From the NCBI GenBank assembly GCA_965262115.1, contig OZ253496.1, positions 352,001-416,000 on the forward strand: a stretch of DNA of 64,000 nt, written 5' to 3'. Both the position numbers and the translations under genes were made by a program. The notes under the pieces were generated by a model that was given only the letters and a program-made list of their open reading frames with translations, was not told where the DNA came from and did not search any database. Shown in pieces: positions 29,581-40,018 of this stretch. How positions within the stretch are numbered: the first letter of the stretch is position 1; the number at the start of each line of letters is the position of its first letter. This stretch comes from Nitrospinales bacterium (lineage in GTDB: Bacteria > Nitrospinota > Nitrospinia > Nitrospinales > VA-1).

Positions 29581-30364
29581 TGCCTAAAAGTTCTTTCAGT
29601 TTTTCAGGGATATCTTTTGAAGTCATCAGACTTTCGCCGATCAAAAAAGCATGCGCCCCTATTTTTTCAAATTCTTCTATCTCTTCCCTGCCATGAATTC
29701 CGCTCTCACAAACCAGAGTACTACCCGGTTCCTGCAATGCCATAGGGATCAGGCGTCGGGCAATGTTCAAATCGGTTTTGCTATTCGTGAGATCACGGTT
29801 ATTGATACCAATCAAACTCGCCTTGGCCTCGAAGGCTTTTTCCATATCATATTCGTTATGAGTTTCCACCAATGCGGGAAGTCCCAATTCATTGCCTAAA
29901 TGGAGCAGGTCGGTCAATTGGTCTTGCTCCAACCAAGTGGCGATCAACAGAAACAAGTCGGCTCCATGCGCTCTGGATTCATAAACCTGATACTCATCGT
30001 AAATAAAATCTTTGCGCAACAATGGAATCGGGGCGATAGGCCTCACTTCCTTCAGGACACCAATATGACTGCCAAAATACTTAGTTTCGGTCAGGATAGA
30101 AAGTGTGGCCGCGCCGTTTCTGGCATAGTCCCCGGCGATTTCACCAGCGTTAAAATTTTCTCTTAGCTCACCTTTAAACGGTGTACGCCGTTTGATCTCC
30201 GCGATAATTTTTGAATTTTTTCCCTCGTTCAGCGCCTTATAAACATCCCGGACGGGAGCCTGATCTCCCATGCGTATTCTAAGTTCGGCCAATGGCAATT
30301 CGCGTTTAGTGCTTGCCAGTTCCTTTTTTTTATCCGCAAAAATCTTATCAAGTATGTTCGACAT
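29555..30364 (-). CDS. trpC: Indole-3-glycerol phosphate synthase
   Basis: IIAEIKR, LRKDFI, GINNRDL, ESGI, LIGESLM. Confidence 0.95.
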   Translation of the reverse strand: MSNILDKIFADKKKELASTKRELPLAELRIRMGDQAPVRDVYKALNEGKNSKIIAEIKRRTPFKGELRENFNAGEIAGDYARNGAATLSILTETKYFGSHIGVLKEVRPIAPIPLLRKDFIYDEYQVYESRAHGADLFLLIATWLEQDQLTDLLHLGNELGLPALVETHNEYDMEKAFEAKASLIGINNRDLTNSKTDLNIARRLIPMALQEPGSTLVCESGIHGREEIEEFEKIGAHAFLIGESLMTSKDIPEKLKELLGNGESTSKS

Positions 30365-30459
30365 TTTCAAAATGGGTGCGTTTGATCAGCATGAAACTGA
30401 AGAAATTTTAGAAAAATCATCGTTAAAATTATGGGAGAATTTTTCTAACTTTCGAAAAA

Positions 30460-31491
30460 CTATGATTTCTCAACTGTTCCAGAGTGCGTGATTCTGCACA
30501 AATCTTCCAGTTTTTCCCGCGCTTTACCCGATTCGATAGAATCAACAGCTGATTGGATGCCCCGTTCGAGAGAGTCCGCTTTCCCGGCCACATAAATAGC
30601 TGCGGCAGAGTTTAACAAAACGATATCCCGCCTCGGCCCTTTTTCTCCATTCAGGATATTCTCAATCATTGCGGCGCTTTCCTCGGGAGTTCCCCCTTTA
30701 AGATTATCGGAAGCGCAAAAATTAAAACCGAGTTTCTCAGGGTCAAGGCTATAACTCGATACCTTTCTATTTTTCAATTCTGCGACCTGGCTTTTGCCTG
30801 TCAGGGTGATTTCGTCGAGGCCATCGGAACCATGAACCACCAGTGCGTGCCTGCAACCCAAACCGCGCAGAACTTCTGCCAGAGGCTCAACCCATTGTTC
30901 ATCAAAAACACCCAGCACCTGGGCCTCGGCGTTGGCCGGATTGGTCAAAGGCCCCAACACATTAAAAATGGTGCGAAAGCCCAGTTTTTTCCGGACCCCG
31001 GCGGCATATTCCATGGCTTTATGCATCAAAGGAGCAAACAGAAAACCGATACCCGCCTCTTCCACACAACGTTTCACAGTCGGCAGGCTGGCATCTAGAT
31101 TCACCCCCAAACAATTTAAGACATCGGCGCTACCAGATCGACTGGATACAGCCCGGTTGCCATGTTTCGCTATATTCACTCCCGCCCCCGCCGCAACCAA
31201 AGCACTGGCGGTGGATATATTGAAAGTGTCTGCACCGTCCCCACCCGTTCCACAAGTATCTACCAGAGGAGTCACTTTGATATCGAGCTTCTCTGCTTTT
31301 GCCCGCATTACCCGGGCCGCACCGACAATTTCCGAGACGGTTTCACCTTTCGTATGCAGCGCTGTCAGAAACGTGGCCAGTTGAGGGTCGGTCACTTCTC
31401 CTTGCATGATTGCAGTCATGCAGGAAACCATTTCATCCTCCGTCAGATCGTTGCCACCAGCAAGCGAATCCAAGGCCGTCTGGAAGGTCAT
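30460..31491 (-). CDS. trpD: Anthranilate phosphoribosyltransferase
   Basis: [34 protein letters not shown]. Confidence 0.96.
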   Translation of the reverse strand: MTFQTALDSLAGGNDLTEDEMVSCMTAIMQGEVTDPQLATFLTALHTKGETVSEIVGAARVMRAKAEKLDIKVTPLVDTCGTGGDGADTFNISTASALVAAGAGVNIAKHGNRAVSSRSGSADVLNCLGVNLDASLPTVKRCVEEAGIGFLFAPLMHKAMEYAAGVRKKLGFRTIFNVLGPLTNPANAEAQVLGVFDEQWVEPLAEVLRGLGCRHALVVHGSDGLDEITLTGKSQVAELKNRKVSSYSLDPEKLGFNFCASDNLKGGTPEESAAMIENILNGEKGPRRDIVLLNSAAAIYVAGKADSLERGIQSAVDSIESGKAREKLEDLCRITHSGTVEKS

Positions 31492-32060
31492 GCGTGATTT
31501 CCTTTTATAAAATTTCCCAACAACTCCTTTCCACATGCGGTCAAAATGGATTCAGGATGAAACTGCACGCCTTCTACAGCGAGTTCTTTATGGCGGATTC
31601 CCATGATTTCGTTGTCATCGCTCTCCGCAGAGATTTCAAAGCAGTCCGGCAGATTATCCCGATTCAAAACCAGGGAGTGATAGCGGGTCGCCTCAAACGG
31701 ATCGGGAAGGTCTTTAAATATTGTTTTGCCATCGTGGCGGATCATGGAAGTCTTACCATGCATCAGGCGCCCGGCCTTGATGATTTCACCGCCAAATGCC
31801 TGACCCACCGACTGGTGCCCAAGGCAAACTCCCAGAATCGGGATTTTCCCGGAAAAATGTTGGATCACTTCCACCGATATCCCGGCTTTGTCCGGAGTGC
31901 AGGGACCGGGAGATATAACTATCTTTTCTGGATTCAACGCCTCGATTTCCGAAAGGCTTATCTTATCGTTTCTATCCACACGTATTTCGGCACCCAACTC
32001 ACCCATGTATTGCACCAGGTTATAGGTGAACGAATCATAATTGTCGATCATAAGAATCAT
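31488..32060 (-). CDS. trpG: Anthranilate synthase component II
   Basis: [28 protein letters not shown]. Confidence 0.96.
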   Translation of the reverse strand: MILMIDNYDSFTYNLVQYMGELGAEIRVDRNDKISLSEIEALNPEKIVISPGPCTPDKAGISVEVIQHFSGKIPILGVCLGHQSVGQAFGGEIIKAGRLMHGKTSMIRHDGKTIFKDLPDPFEATRYHSLVLNRDNLPDCFEISAESDDNEIMGIRHKELAVEGVQFHPESILTACGKELLGNFIKGNHA

Positions 32061-33544
32061 ACCACCCATCCCTTCTCAGCCAACTCTATGGCTTTCAACA
32101 AAGCCCGCCCTTTGTTCATGGTCTCTTCAAATTCACTTTGTGGAACCGAGTCGGCAACAATCCCGCCACCCACTCCAAGATACGCCGTTTTCCCTTTAAT
32201 CAACAAAGTCCTGATGGCTATTGCGGTATCCATATTTCCGTTGAAACTGATATAGCCGACTGCCCCACCATAAAGTCCGCGCAGGGTCGGTTCCAACTCA
32301 TCAATGATTTCCATGGCCCTTATCTTTGGAGCCCCGGAAAGAGTTCCAGCGGGGAACGCCGCTTCCAGAACATCAAAACAGTCCAAGCCCTTTTTCAGGA
32401 TTCCCTTCACATTAGAAACAATATGCATGACGTGGGAGTAGCGCTCGATAGTGAACCGCTCATCCACTTCCACCGTATTGATTTCAGCCACCCTTCCGAT
32501 ATCGTTCCTGCCCAGATCGACCAGCATGATGTGTTCTGCCAGTTCTTTTTCATCGCTTAACAAGTCCTGCTCCAGTTCTAAATCTTCTTCCTCGTTTCTC
32601 CCCCTTTTGCGGGTTCCAGCTATCGGTCGGACCTCTACCTTGTCATCCTCCAACCGCACTAAGACTTCCGGTGAAGACCCGACCACCTGAAGCTCGCCGA
32701 ATTTCAGATAATACATGTAAGGAGAAGGGTTTATGGTTCGCAGAGCCCTGTATATATCAAACGGATCGCGGTTAATGGAAAACTTCAACCGCTGGGAAAA
32801 CACCACCTGAATGACATCTCCCTCCTGAATATATTGTTTGATCCTAGTCACCGCCTGTTTGTGTTCTTCCTCTTTCATATTAGAGTCAAAACTCAATGGC
32901 GAATCCTCTTCCGCATCAGGCGCTGATCCTCTGGCAAGAGGTGTTTTTAATTTTTCTTCCAGGGCAGAAATTTTTCGGATTGTGTTTTCATACACCGCAG
33001 TCAGATCATCACCCTCGACAAATGCGTTGGATACAATTTTAATGGTTTGTGAAACATTATCGAATACCAGCATTGTATCGGTGATGACAAACTGCGAGTC
33101 CGGGACATCGAGGTCATCCACCGTTTGTTCGGGGAGGTCCTCAAAAAATCGGACCATATCATAGCTGACAAACCCCACCGCTCCGCCTGAAAACCGGGGT
33201 AGTCCGGCAGAGGGCACGGGCTGGTAACGGGCCATGATTTCCTTCACCGCTGAAAGAGGACTTCCTGATTTAATCTCCCGCTGTTCCTGCTTGCCATTTT
33301 CGATTAAAGTCAAATTTCGGCCCTTGGTGCTGACCACCATCGATGGATCACAACCCAGGAAACAATAACGAGCCCATTTTTCTCCCCCTTCAATGCTTTC
33401 CAGTAGAAAAGAATATTCCCCTCCGCTGATTTTCATATAAGCGGATACCGGAGTATCGAGATCGGCCAGAATTTCCTTATAAACAGGAATCAGGTTTCCC
33501 GATTTAGCTTTCTGTTTGAACTCTTCTAAAGAAGGTTTGAACAT
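32057..33544 (-). CDS. trpE: Anthranilate synthase component I
   Basis: [37 protein letters not shown]. Confidence 0.96.
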   Translation of the reverse strand: MFKPSLEEFKQKAKSGNLIPVYKEILADLDTPVSAYMKISGGEYSFLLESIEGGEKWARYCFLGCDPSMVVSTKGRNLTLIENGKQEQREIKSGSPLSAVKEIMARYQPVPSAGLPRFSGGAVGFVSYDMVRFFEDLPEQTVDDLDVPDSQFVITDTMLVFDNVSQTIKIVSNAFVEGDDLTAVYENTIRKISALEEKLKTPLARGSAPDAEEDSPLSFDSNMKEEEHKQAVTRIKQYIQEGDVIQVVFSQRLKFSINRDPFDIYRALRTINPSPYMYYLKFGELQVVGSSPEVLVRLEDDKVEVRPIAGTRKRGRNEEEDLELEQDLLSDEKELAEHIMLVDLGRNDIGRVAEINTVEVDERFTIERYSHVMHIVSNVKGILKKGLDCFDVLEAAFPAGTLSGAPKIRAMEIIDELEPTLRGLYGGAVGYISFNGNMDTAIAIRTLLIKGKTAYLGVGGGIVADSVPQSEFEETMNKGRALLKAIELAEKGWVV

Positions 33545-33570
33545 AACGATTTATAAAACTCATCCTTATC

Positions 33571-33599
33571 AAAAATAAAAAAGCACAGGAAACCTGTGC
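33571..33599 (-). terminator. Intrinsic terminator-like hairpin upstream of trpE
   Basis: GCACAGG-TTT-CCTGTGC followed by TTTTTTATTTTT on the minus strand. Confidence 0.6.
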
Positions 33600-33656
33600 C
33601 ATTGCGACCCCATTATCCTTGCCCTGTAACAGATGGGTTAGAAAAATCAATAGATA

Positions 33657-34574
33657 TTAATGTTCAAATAGATCAGATTGTTTATTAGTATCGTCTTTGC
33701 CATATAATTCTTTCAAACGTAATTCAAAATTTTTCAATGATGTTTCATGGTTTTTTAAAAACCACGCTCTATGGTTTTGAACATATTCATCCCTTACCTT
33801 AGGTTTTCTTAAGTCCAATGGAACTCTTTCCATCCTAGGATCAATACTGTCAAAACCAAGGAACGGCTCCTTAAGTCTATTCTCGGCAATCTCTACATAT
33901 TCGGGGTTTAACTCAAAACCAATAACATCTCTATTCCATTGTTGGCAAACTCTTGCCGTTGTTCCACTTCCCAAAAAAGGATCTAAAATCAAACTACCTT
34001 CATCGGACGATGCCAATACCATTCTTTCAATTAACCCTTCTGGTTTTTGAGTAGGATGATTTTTCCTGTTTTCGTTACAGTAATGAACATGTGAAAACTC
34101 CCAAACATCACCCGGATTAGCCCCACGCATATTATTTCTTTCTCTAAAATATTTTTGAGGAATACGAACATCATCCAAATTAAAAATATATTCCTTACTT
34201 TTATTAAACATTAAAATATCGTCATGTCTTGGAGAAAAACCCCTTGTTTTTCCCATTCCTTGAGTATAATTCCAACAAATCCAACTATTAAAAAAGAGGC
34301 CTAATTCCCTGTCTAAAATATCAAACAAATAGGAAACAAATCTAACTCCCATAAAAACATAGATTGTTCCATTTTCTTTAAGAACTCTATGAGATTCTGA
34401 CAACCATTTTCCTGAAAACTCAAGATACTCATCAAAACCTTTAATATCATGGTTATTTCCGTAGTTCTTCCCAAGGTTATAGGGAGGATCAGCGATTACA
34501 ACATTAACAGAACTATCTTCAATCGACCGAAAAAGTTCTATTGCATCACCTTGTAAAATTTTAATGTTTTTCAT
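33657..34574 (-). CDS. Amino (N4-C/N6-A) DNA methyltransferase, beta class
   Basis: DPPY precedes HPTQKP and LDPFLGSGTT; ATGA overlap with the upstream gene. Confidence 0.93.
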   Translation of the reverse strand: MKNIKILQGDAIELFRSIEDSSVNVVIADPPYNLGKNYGNNHDIKGFDEYLEFSGKWLSESHRVLKENGTIYVFMGVRFVSYLFDILDRELGLFFNSWICWNYTQGMGKTRGFSPRHDDILMFNKSKEYIFNLDDVRIPQKYFRERNNMRGANPGDVWEFSHVHYCNENRKNHPTQKPEGLIERMVLASSDEGSLILDPFLGSGTTARVCQQWNRDVIGFELNPEYVEIAENRLKEPFLGFDSIDPRMERVPLDLRKPKVRDEYVQNHRAWFLKNHETSLKNFELRLKELYGKDDTNKQSDLFEH

Positions 34575-35350
34575 TCTTTTAACCACTCGTTTTGCTTAGC
34601 ATAATCAAGCCACCCTTCAAATCCCTTTTTAGAACTAATACATTTCGAATCCAATAATTGGCAGAATTCCCAGACATTTCGATACTCTATCGAGACATAA
34701 TGAATATCTCTTATTTGAATTTGTCCAGTACCTAAAGCTGGGTTGTAACTAATATCGCTTGTGGACAAATACTTTAAGTCGTAAACATTATGATCAACAA
34801 TCTCCATAACACCCATGATTAATTTAGACTCATTATCTCTTTTACTAAAAACTTTATGTTTAATTGAAAGAATTAAGAATATGTAATCAGAATCTTGTAT
34901 ATACATGGATCTTATTCGAGAAAATGAGGCAATGTTTGGAGATTTACCACTATTTTTAATATCTTGGCTAGTTGCCTTAACATCGACAAATCCAGTTACA
35001 GAACTTTGATTTTTCCTTTCTCTTCTAAACTGTAATATTACATCGGCCATATCTAACCGCTCACCAGCTTCAACATTAATCAGAAGATATTCATTGTTCT
35101 CATCCTCCAAAACATCCAAAAATGTTTCATGAGCCCAGGCTTCCACAAAAGGACCTGCAATCTTGTTAACATTTTCCATCGGAATTCCAAATCTCAAGCT
35201 GGTATTAATCTGGATCTTGTTTCTACCCTTATCTATGGCATCTTTAATTATATTGGATACGGATGAAATTACAAAATCCGAACATTCCCGATAATCACCT
35301 GATTCCGTTGGTACCTTAAAATTTAAGGACTCATAATCCACTGTAGTCAT
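34571..35350 (-). CDS. Putative type II restriction endonuclease
   Basis: Coupled to the MTase; AD...VDVKAT resembles a PD-(D/E)xK motif; AT-rich. Confidence 0.65.
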   Translation of the reverse strand: MTTVDYESLNFKVPTESGDYRECSDFVISSVSNIIKDAIDKGRNKIQINTSLRFGIPMENVNKIAGPFVEAWAHETFLDVLEDENNEYLLINVEAGERLDMADVILQFRRERKNQSSVTGFVDVKATSQDIKNSGKSPNIASFSRIRSMYIQDSDYIFLILSIKHKVFSKRDNESKLIMGVMEIVDHNVYDLKYLSTSDISYNPALGTGQIQIRDIHYVSIEYRNVWEFCQLLDSKCISSKKGFEGWLDYAKQNEWLKE

Positions 35351-35616
35351 TCAACTCTCCAAGCATGAATAATATCTTTTACTTCCTTTTCATATTCAGT
35401 AAGGGGGATTTCGATTAATTTTTTTTGTCCAAAATAATTATATGCTTTGGATCCTCCCTCAAATTTAAATAAAATAAAGTAACGTTGTTGACCTTGCCCA
35501 GGTAGAGGTCTAGGTGATAAAAATTTTTCGCTTTTTGTTTTTTTGGATTCAAATTGAGTCATATGTTTTTTAACAGTAACTCTATTTGTCGTGATTTTTC
35601 CGTATATAAATCCCAT
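35347..35616 (-). CDS. Hypothetical protein, first gene of the R-M operon
   Basis: Strong RBS (GAGGTAGG), ATGA overlap with the next gene; no recognised motif. Confidence 0.6.
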   Translation of the reverse strand: MGFIYGKITTNRVTVKKHMTQFESKKTKSEKFLSPRPLPGQGQQRYFILFKFEGGSKAYNYFGQKKLIEIPLTEYEKEVKDIIHAWRVE

Positions 35617-35843
35617 TTCAACCTACCTCTACAAATGATATTTAATTTCTGCCGAAACATTCATTTTCCAGCTTGTTTCAAAAAGAGTAGATTATAGATG
35701 AATAAAAAGTAACTATCGCTAACTAATTGAAATAGTATATAACAAATTTCCTTAGGCTAAAGACCCCAATAATGAAGGGGGCGAGTCTTTGCTTAACTAC
35801 AGGTTGTTAGGGAATATTGGTGAAGCCTGGAACCGAAGGGTAA

Positions 35844-36674
35844 TCAGCCTTCTACAGCTTTCCAGTCTTCACCGTTCCAGTGCAGGATCAGCCCATTATC
35901 TCCAACGGCATAGATATTTTCATCACTACTGCCCCAGATGGCGGTGAGATATTCCTTGGTGTTCGATTCTATCCGGGTCCATTCATTGTCATCAAGATAA
36001 AGGATCATCCCCTCATCCCCAATCGCAAACACCATTTCCCGGGAGGGACCCCAGACATCGAGAAAAAATTCCAGGGTCTGGGAAGGCATTTCGGTGAACT
36101 CAACGCCGTTGTATTTGAAAATGGCGCCATCAGACCCAACCATATAAATCTCATCAGGACCGAACCCATAAACGCCGTAAAACTCGGCATTCGAGTTAAA
36201 AGTTTGGCGGATCCAACGTTCTCCATCCTGCTTGAGCACCAGGCCATCGTAACCCACGGCCAGCATGCCGCCTTCTTTGCAGCCCCATAACCGAGTCACG
36301 TCAGTATCGGTTCCCGTCTGGGCAAACTTCCAGGAACTTCCATCGTAGCGAAGGATTTTACCCAATCTGGAGCAGGCATAGATTTCATCCGGGCCAAGAC
36401 CAAAAATCCCGGTCATGGGCGGAAGTTTTTCCGTATCCTCAGGCGACCAGGTTTTACCGTCATAGTGCAAGATTCTGCCATCGGTCACCACTGCAAAAAC
36501 ATTATCCGGCGCACTGCCCCAGATATTCTTGAAAGTCCAACGCCCCCCTGTTTCCATGGTCGACCATTGACTGCCATCATAATGCAGCAGGGTGCCCTCG
36601 GCACCTCCGACAAAAATATCGTTTTCGCTGAATCCAAAAATGGATAAAAGGTGGCTGGAGGTCAAAGCAGACAT
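35844..36674 (-). CDS. WD40/YVTN/BNR-like beta-propeller repeat protein
   Basis: ~7 repeats of ~39 aa, IWGSxxxNIYAVGxxGxILHYDGxxW. Confidence 0.85.
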   Translation of the reverse strand: MSALTSSHLLSIFGFSENDIFVGGAEGTLLHYDGSQWSTMETGGRWTFKNIWGSAPDNVFAVVTDGRILHYDGKTWSPEDTEKLPPMTGIFGLGPDEIYACSRLGKILRYDGSSWKFAQTGTDTDVTRLWGCKEGGMLAVGYDGLVLKQDGERWIRQTFNSNAEFYGVYGFGPDEIYMVGSDGAIFKYNGVEFTEMPSQTLEFFLDVWGPSREMVFAIGDEGMILYLDDNEWTRIESNTKEYLTAIWGSSDENIYAVGDNGLILHWNGEDWKAVEG

Positions 36675-36720
36675 AATTGCTCCCCAAGGTTATCGCTGTT
36701 TTCTAAATGGTGTTTAGCAA

Positions 36721-37557
36721 TCATAACGACATATCGCTCCATTCCTTGCCATCATATTTAATCACCGTTCCGTTTTCACCTGCCACATATACCTGATCCG
36801 GCCCAAGCCCTTTGACTTTTGTAAAGTACTCATCCTTGAGCGGCTCAATGGGAGACCATTTTTTGCCATCGTAATGAAGCATGGCCGCGTTATCCCCGAC
36901 CACATAGATATTCTCCGCCGAAGTTCCCCAGATACTCAAGAGGTATTCTTTGGTCCCCGACTGCATCGGTTTCCAGTCCGTTCCGTCAAAATGCAAAATC
37001 GTCCCGTGGGAACCGCAAATATAAATATTGTCATTGCGAGTGCCCCAGATACCGAAGAGAGAAACTTCTTCATCTGTCAAATCTTCACGACGATGAAATT
37101 CTTTGCCATCATAAAACCGATAAACCCCTTCACCGCCTACCGCGTGAATATGTTGCATATCTTCGCCCCACATGCCGAACAAGTCATGAATAGTGTTGGG
37201 TTCGCGGTAGTCCCATTTCTCGCCATTCCAATACAGCATCCGGCCGCCAACTCCATAAAGGAAAACGTTGTTTTCATCCAAGCCGTAGACGGAGTTGAGC
37301 GAGTCGTAACTCCCTGTATCCACCTGCTTCCATCCCTTACCATTATATTGAAGGACAACCCCTCCGATACCCACGGCATACACACATTGTTCATGCGGTC
37401 CCCAAATACCCATCAGTGGATTGGTATTCTCGGTACGAACGGGCAACCACTCCTGTCCATCCCAGTGCTGGGGGATGCCATCCTTCCCCACGACATAAAT
37501 ATAGTCCTCCCGGAAAGGCATGATATCGAGTAGATCTGGTTTTTCACCTGTAAACAT
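36721..37557 (-). CDS. WD40/YVTN/BNR-like beta-propeller repeat protein (paralog)
   Basis: Same repeat unit as the adjacent gene. Confidence 0.85.
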   Translation of the reverse strand: MFTGEKPDLLDIMPFREDYIYVVGKDGIPQHWDGQEWLPVRTENTNPLMGIWGPHEQCVYAVGIGGVVLQYNGKGWKQVDTGSYDSLNSVYGLDENNVFLYGVGGRMLYWNGEKWDYREPNTIHDLFGMWGEDMQHIHAVGGEGVYRFYDGKEFHRREDLTDEEVSLFGIWGTRNDNIYICGSHGTILHFDGTDWKPMQSGTKEYLLSIWGTSAENIYVVGDNAAMLHYDGKKWSPIEPLKDEYFTKVKGLGPDQVYVAGENGTVIKYDGKEWSDMSL

Positions 37558-37635
37558 ATTATGAGTCCGCTATTAAAAGGGAAAATGCCATTTTATAATT
37601 ATTATTCACCTACCCGAAAAGAATAAAGGCCATCC

Positions 37636-37676
37636 AAAAACAGAAGGGGCTCCCGGTTCGAAATCCGGGAACCCCT
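37636..37676 (-). terminator. Intrinsic terminator after the LRR gene
   Basis: GGGGTTCCCGG/CCGGGAGCCCC stem followed by TTCTGTTTTT. Confidence 0.65.
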
Positions 37677-37698
37677 GATTCATCAAACCAGCGCCGAA

Positions 37699-38607
37699 TT
37701 ATTCCTCGGCTTTAGCTTTATAAAAATAAACATCCTTCAACTTCGGGAAATTTTTATTATCCTTGAATAAGGCCTGCACCCCGTCCCCAACATCATTGTG
37801 GATCAAGACCAGTGTTTGCAGGTTGGGAAGACACGTCGATTGGGCCAGGGCTCTGGCACCCATATCTCCCACCTCCGCCTCATACAAATCTATCAAAGTG
37901 AGTTCTCTAAAATTGGCAGAACCTGCAATAGCCTCAGCACCTCGGAGACCAATAGGATTAAAAGTCAGTGTCAATTGGGTCAAGTTGCTCAAAGTCTCTG
38001 ATCCCGCAAGTGCCTCCACGCCTTCACCCTCAATGAAGTTCCAATTCAGATTTAATTCCGTCAGATTGCTCAAGTTTTTAGAATTGGCAATCGCAAGCGC
38101 GCCTTCATTTCCTATATTGTTCCGATATAAAGAAAGCTGCGTAATATGGGTTAGGGTTTCAGAAGTAGCCAGAGCTTCGACACCTTCATCGCCAATCTTG
38201 TCGCCCAACCATAAGGAAACCAGACTCCCCAGAATATTAGAGCTCGCCACCGCTTTAGCACCTTCAACACCAACTTCATTATCAGCCAATATCAACTCAG
38301 AAAGGTTGAGCATGTTTTTGGACTTGGTCAACGCCTGGACACTTTCGTCAGTCGCCTTATTTTTAAACAGGTTCAAAGCGGTCAAAAACTTCAATTTATC
38401 GCAGTCCACCAAAGCCTTGATACCTTCATCGCCGATTTCGTTAAACTCCAGAAACAGTGCCGTGATTCCTTTAACCTTGTCCGATTCCAGGATTTTTATC
38501 AAATCCTCATCATCCAGTTCCTTTTCCCTCAAATCCAGTTCACTTTTATCTTCACTCAGTCCATGGTCAATGAGGCTATCAATATCCTTGACTTCTTTTT
38601 CAGCCAT
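37699..38607 (-). CDS. Cytoplasmic leucine-rich-repeat protein
   Basis: 28-aa repeats LTxLxLxxNxIGxEGxxALA; no signal peptide. Confidence 0.88.
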   Translation of the reverse strand: MAEKEVKDIDSLIDHGLSEDKSELDLREKELDDEDLIKILESDKVKGITALFLEFNEIGDEGIKALVDCDKLKFLTALNLFKNKATDESVQALTKSKNMLNLSELILADNEVGVEGAKAVASSNILGSLVSLWLGDKIGDEGVEALATSETLTHITQLSLYRNNIGNEGALAIANSKNLSNLTELNLNWNFIEGEGVEALAGSETLSNLTQLTLTFNPIGLRGAEAIAGSANFRELTLIDLYEAEVGDMGARALAQSTCLPNLQTLVLIHNDVGDGVQALFKDNKNFPKLKDVYFYKAKAEE

Positions 38608-38790
38608 CCGTACGCGCTCCACAATAAAAACAATATTTTGGGGAATATGAGTAGTCCGCTATTCTAAGGCAGTATCCGCACTTGTAAAGCTTAAAATCCG
38701 ACTTTTGCTCATCATTGGCCAAATTTTACATTATTTGCGGAGCACCTCCACTGGGCGGGTCACGCCCGGTGGCTGCTCGCCGCAGGGGCA

Positions 38791-38846
38791 ACTGGCAAAA
38801 GCTCGTCAGGCCGAGACAACTTTTTCTTGCCAAATAACGCTATTGC
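38791..38846 (+). repeat. Repeat family A copy 4
   Basis: ACTGGCAAAAGCTCGTCAGGCCGAGACAAC...GCCAAATAACGCTATTGC. Confidence 0.75.
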
Positions 38847-38858
38847 ACACTGGCAGCA

Positions 38859-38899
38859 TGTTATGACCCCTCATTAGTCTTCATGCCCCGAAAGGGGTA
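38859..38899 (+). mobile_element. Micro-element B copy 4 (41 bp)
   Basis: TGTTATGACCCCTCATTAGTCTTCATGCCCCGAAAGGGGTA. Confidence 0.75.
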
Positions 38900-39023
38900 C
38901 GCCGAGTGGAAGATTAAAAAAAATTAATTTCATTCTTCTGAAATTTGGACTACATTTTCAAAGTTCGAACAATCTTCGCAGTTCCTCGTGATAATCAACT
39001 CAACTTTGCCAAAGGTTTTTCTG

Positions 39024-40016
39024 ATGGTACAAAAGATCGATGAAATAACGGAACATGTCAATCAGGCCAGCGTATTTATCCCCTCCCTTTTGCATGAGTT
39101 GGAGCAAATCATGGTCGGGCAAAAATATCTGACCGAGCGGTTGATACTGGGACTGCTGACCGGAGAACATGTTCTGGTCGAAGGGGTGCCGGGGCTGGCC
39201 AAGACCACGGCGGTGAAAACCCTGGCCCAATCGGTGAAGGCCGATTTCAAGCGCATCCAGTTCACCCCCGATTTGTTACCAGCCGATTTACTGGGAACCC
39301 AGGTGTACCAGCCCAAAACCGGCGAGTTTGATATTAAAAAAGGACCTCTTTTCGCCAACATCATTCTCGCGGATGAAATCAACCGGGCTCCGGCCAAGGT
39401 TCAAAGCGCCCTGCTCGAAGCCATGCAGGAAAGGCAGATCACCATTGCTGGCACAACTTTCAAGCTCGAAGAACCTTTCATGGTGATTGCCACCCAAAAT
39501 CCTATTGAGCAGGAGGGCACCTATCCTCTTCCCGAAGCCCAGGTGGACCGGTTCATGTTGAAACTCCATATCGATTACCCCACCCAGGAAGAGGAAAAGC
39601 TTATCATGCAACGGATGTCCACCTGCAATAACGCTTATCAGGTTAAGCAGGTGGTGTCGCCTGCGGAAATTTTGCAGGCCCGAAAAGTGTTTGACGAAAT
39701 ATATATCGATGAAAACCTGCAGGACTATATCATCGACCTCGTTGCAGCGACACGCGACCCGGAAAACCATCAATTGTCTTCCCTGAAAGGAATGATCCAG
39801 TTTGGTGCTTCCCCTAGGGCATCCATCTTTTTAAACCGGGCCGCGAAAGCCTATGCCTTTTTGCAACGCCGAGGGTATGTCGTTCCGCATGACATTAAAA
39901 GTATCGGAATGGATGTGCTCAGGCACCGAATCATCCTTACATATGAAGCCGAGGCCGAGAATGTGACGGCGGATGATATTATCAAGAAAATATTCGACAC
40001 CCTGGAAGTTCCCTAA
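39024..40016 (+). CDS. moxR: MoxR-family AAA+ ATPase
   Basis: GVPGLAKT, RIQFTPDLLPAD, DEINRAPAKVQSALLE, ATQNPIEQEGTY. Confidence 0.95.
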   Translation: MVQKIDEITEHVNQASVFIPSLLHELEQIMVGQKYLTERLILGLLTGEHVLVEGVPGLAKTTAVKTLAQSVKADFKRIQFTPDLLPADLLGTQVYQPKTGEFDIKKGPLFANIILADEINRAPAKVQSALLEAMQERQITIAGTTFKLEEPFMVIATQNPIEQEGTYPLPEAQVDRFMLKLHIDYPTQEEEKLIMQRMSTCNNAYQVKQVVSPAEILQARKVFDEIYIDENLQDYIIDLVAATRDPENHQLSSLKGMIQFGASPRASIFLNRAAKAYAFLQRRGYVVPHDIKSIGMDVLRHRIILTYEAEAENVTADDIIKKIFDTLEVP

Positions 40017-40018
40017 TC

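Noticed and set aside
37763..38650. Long antisense ORFs (also 31410-32255, 36874-37533, 1241-1909)
   Set aside because: Shadows of well-supported genes on the opposite strand, with no motifs of their own
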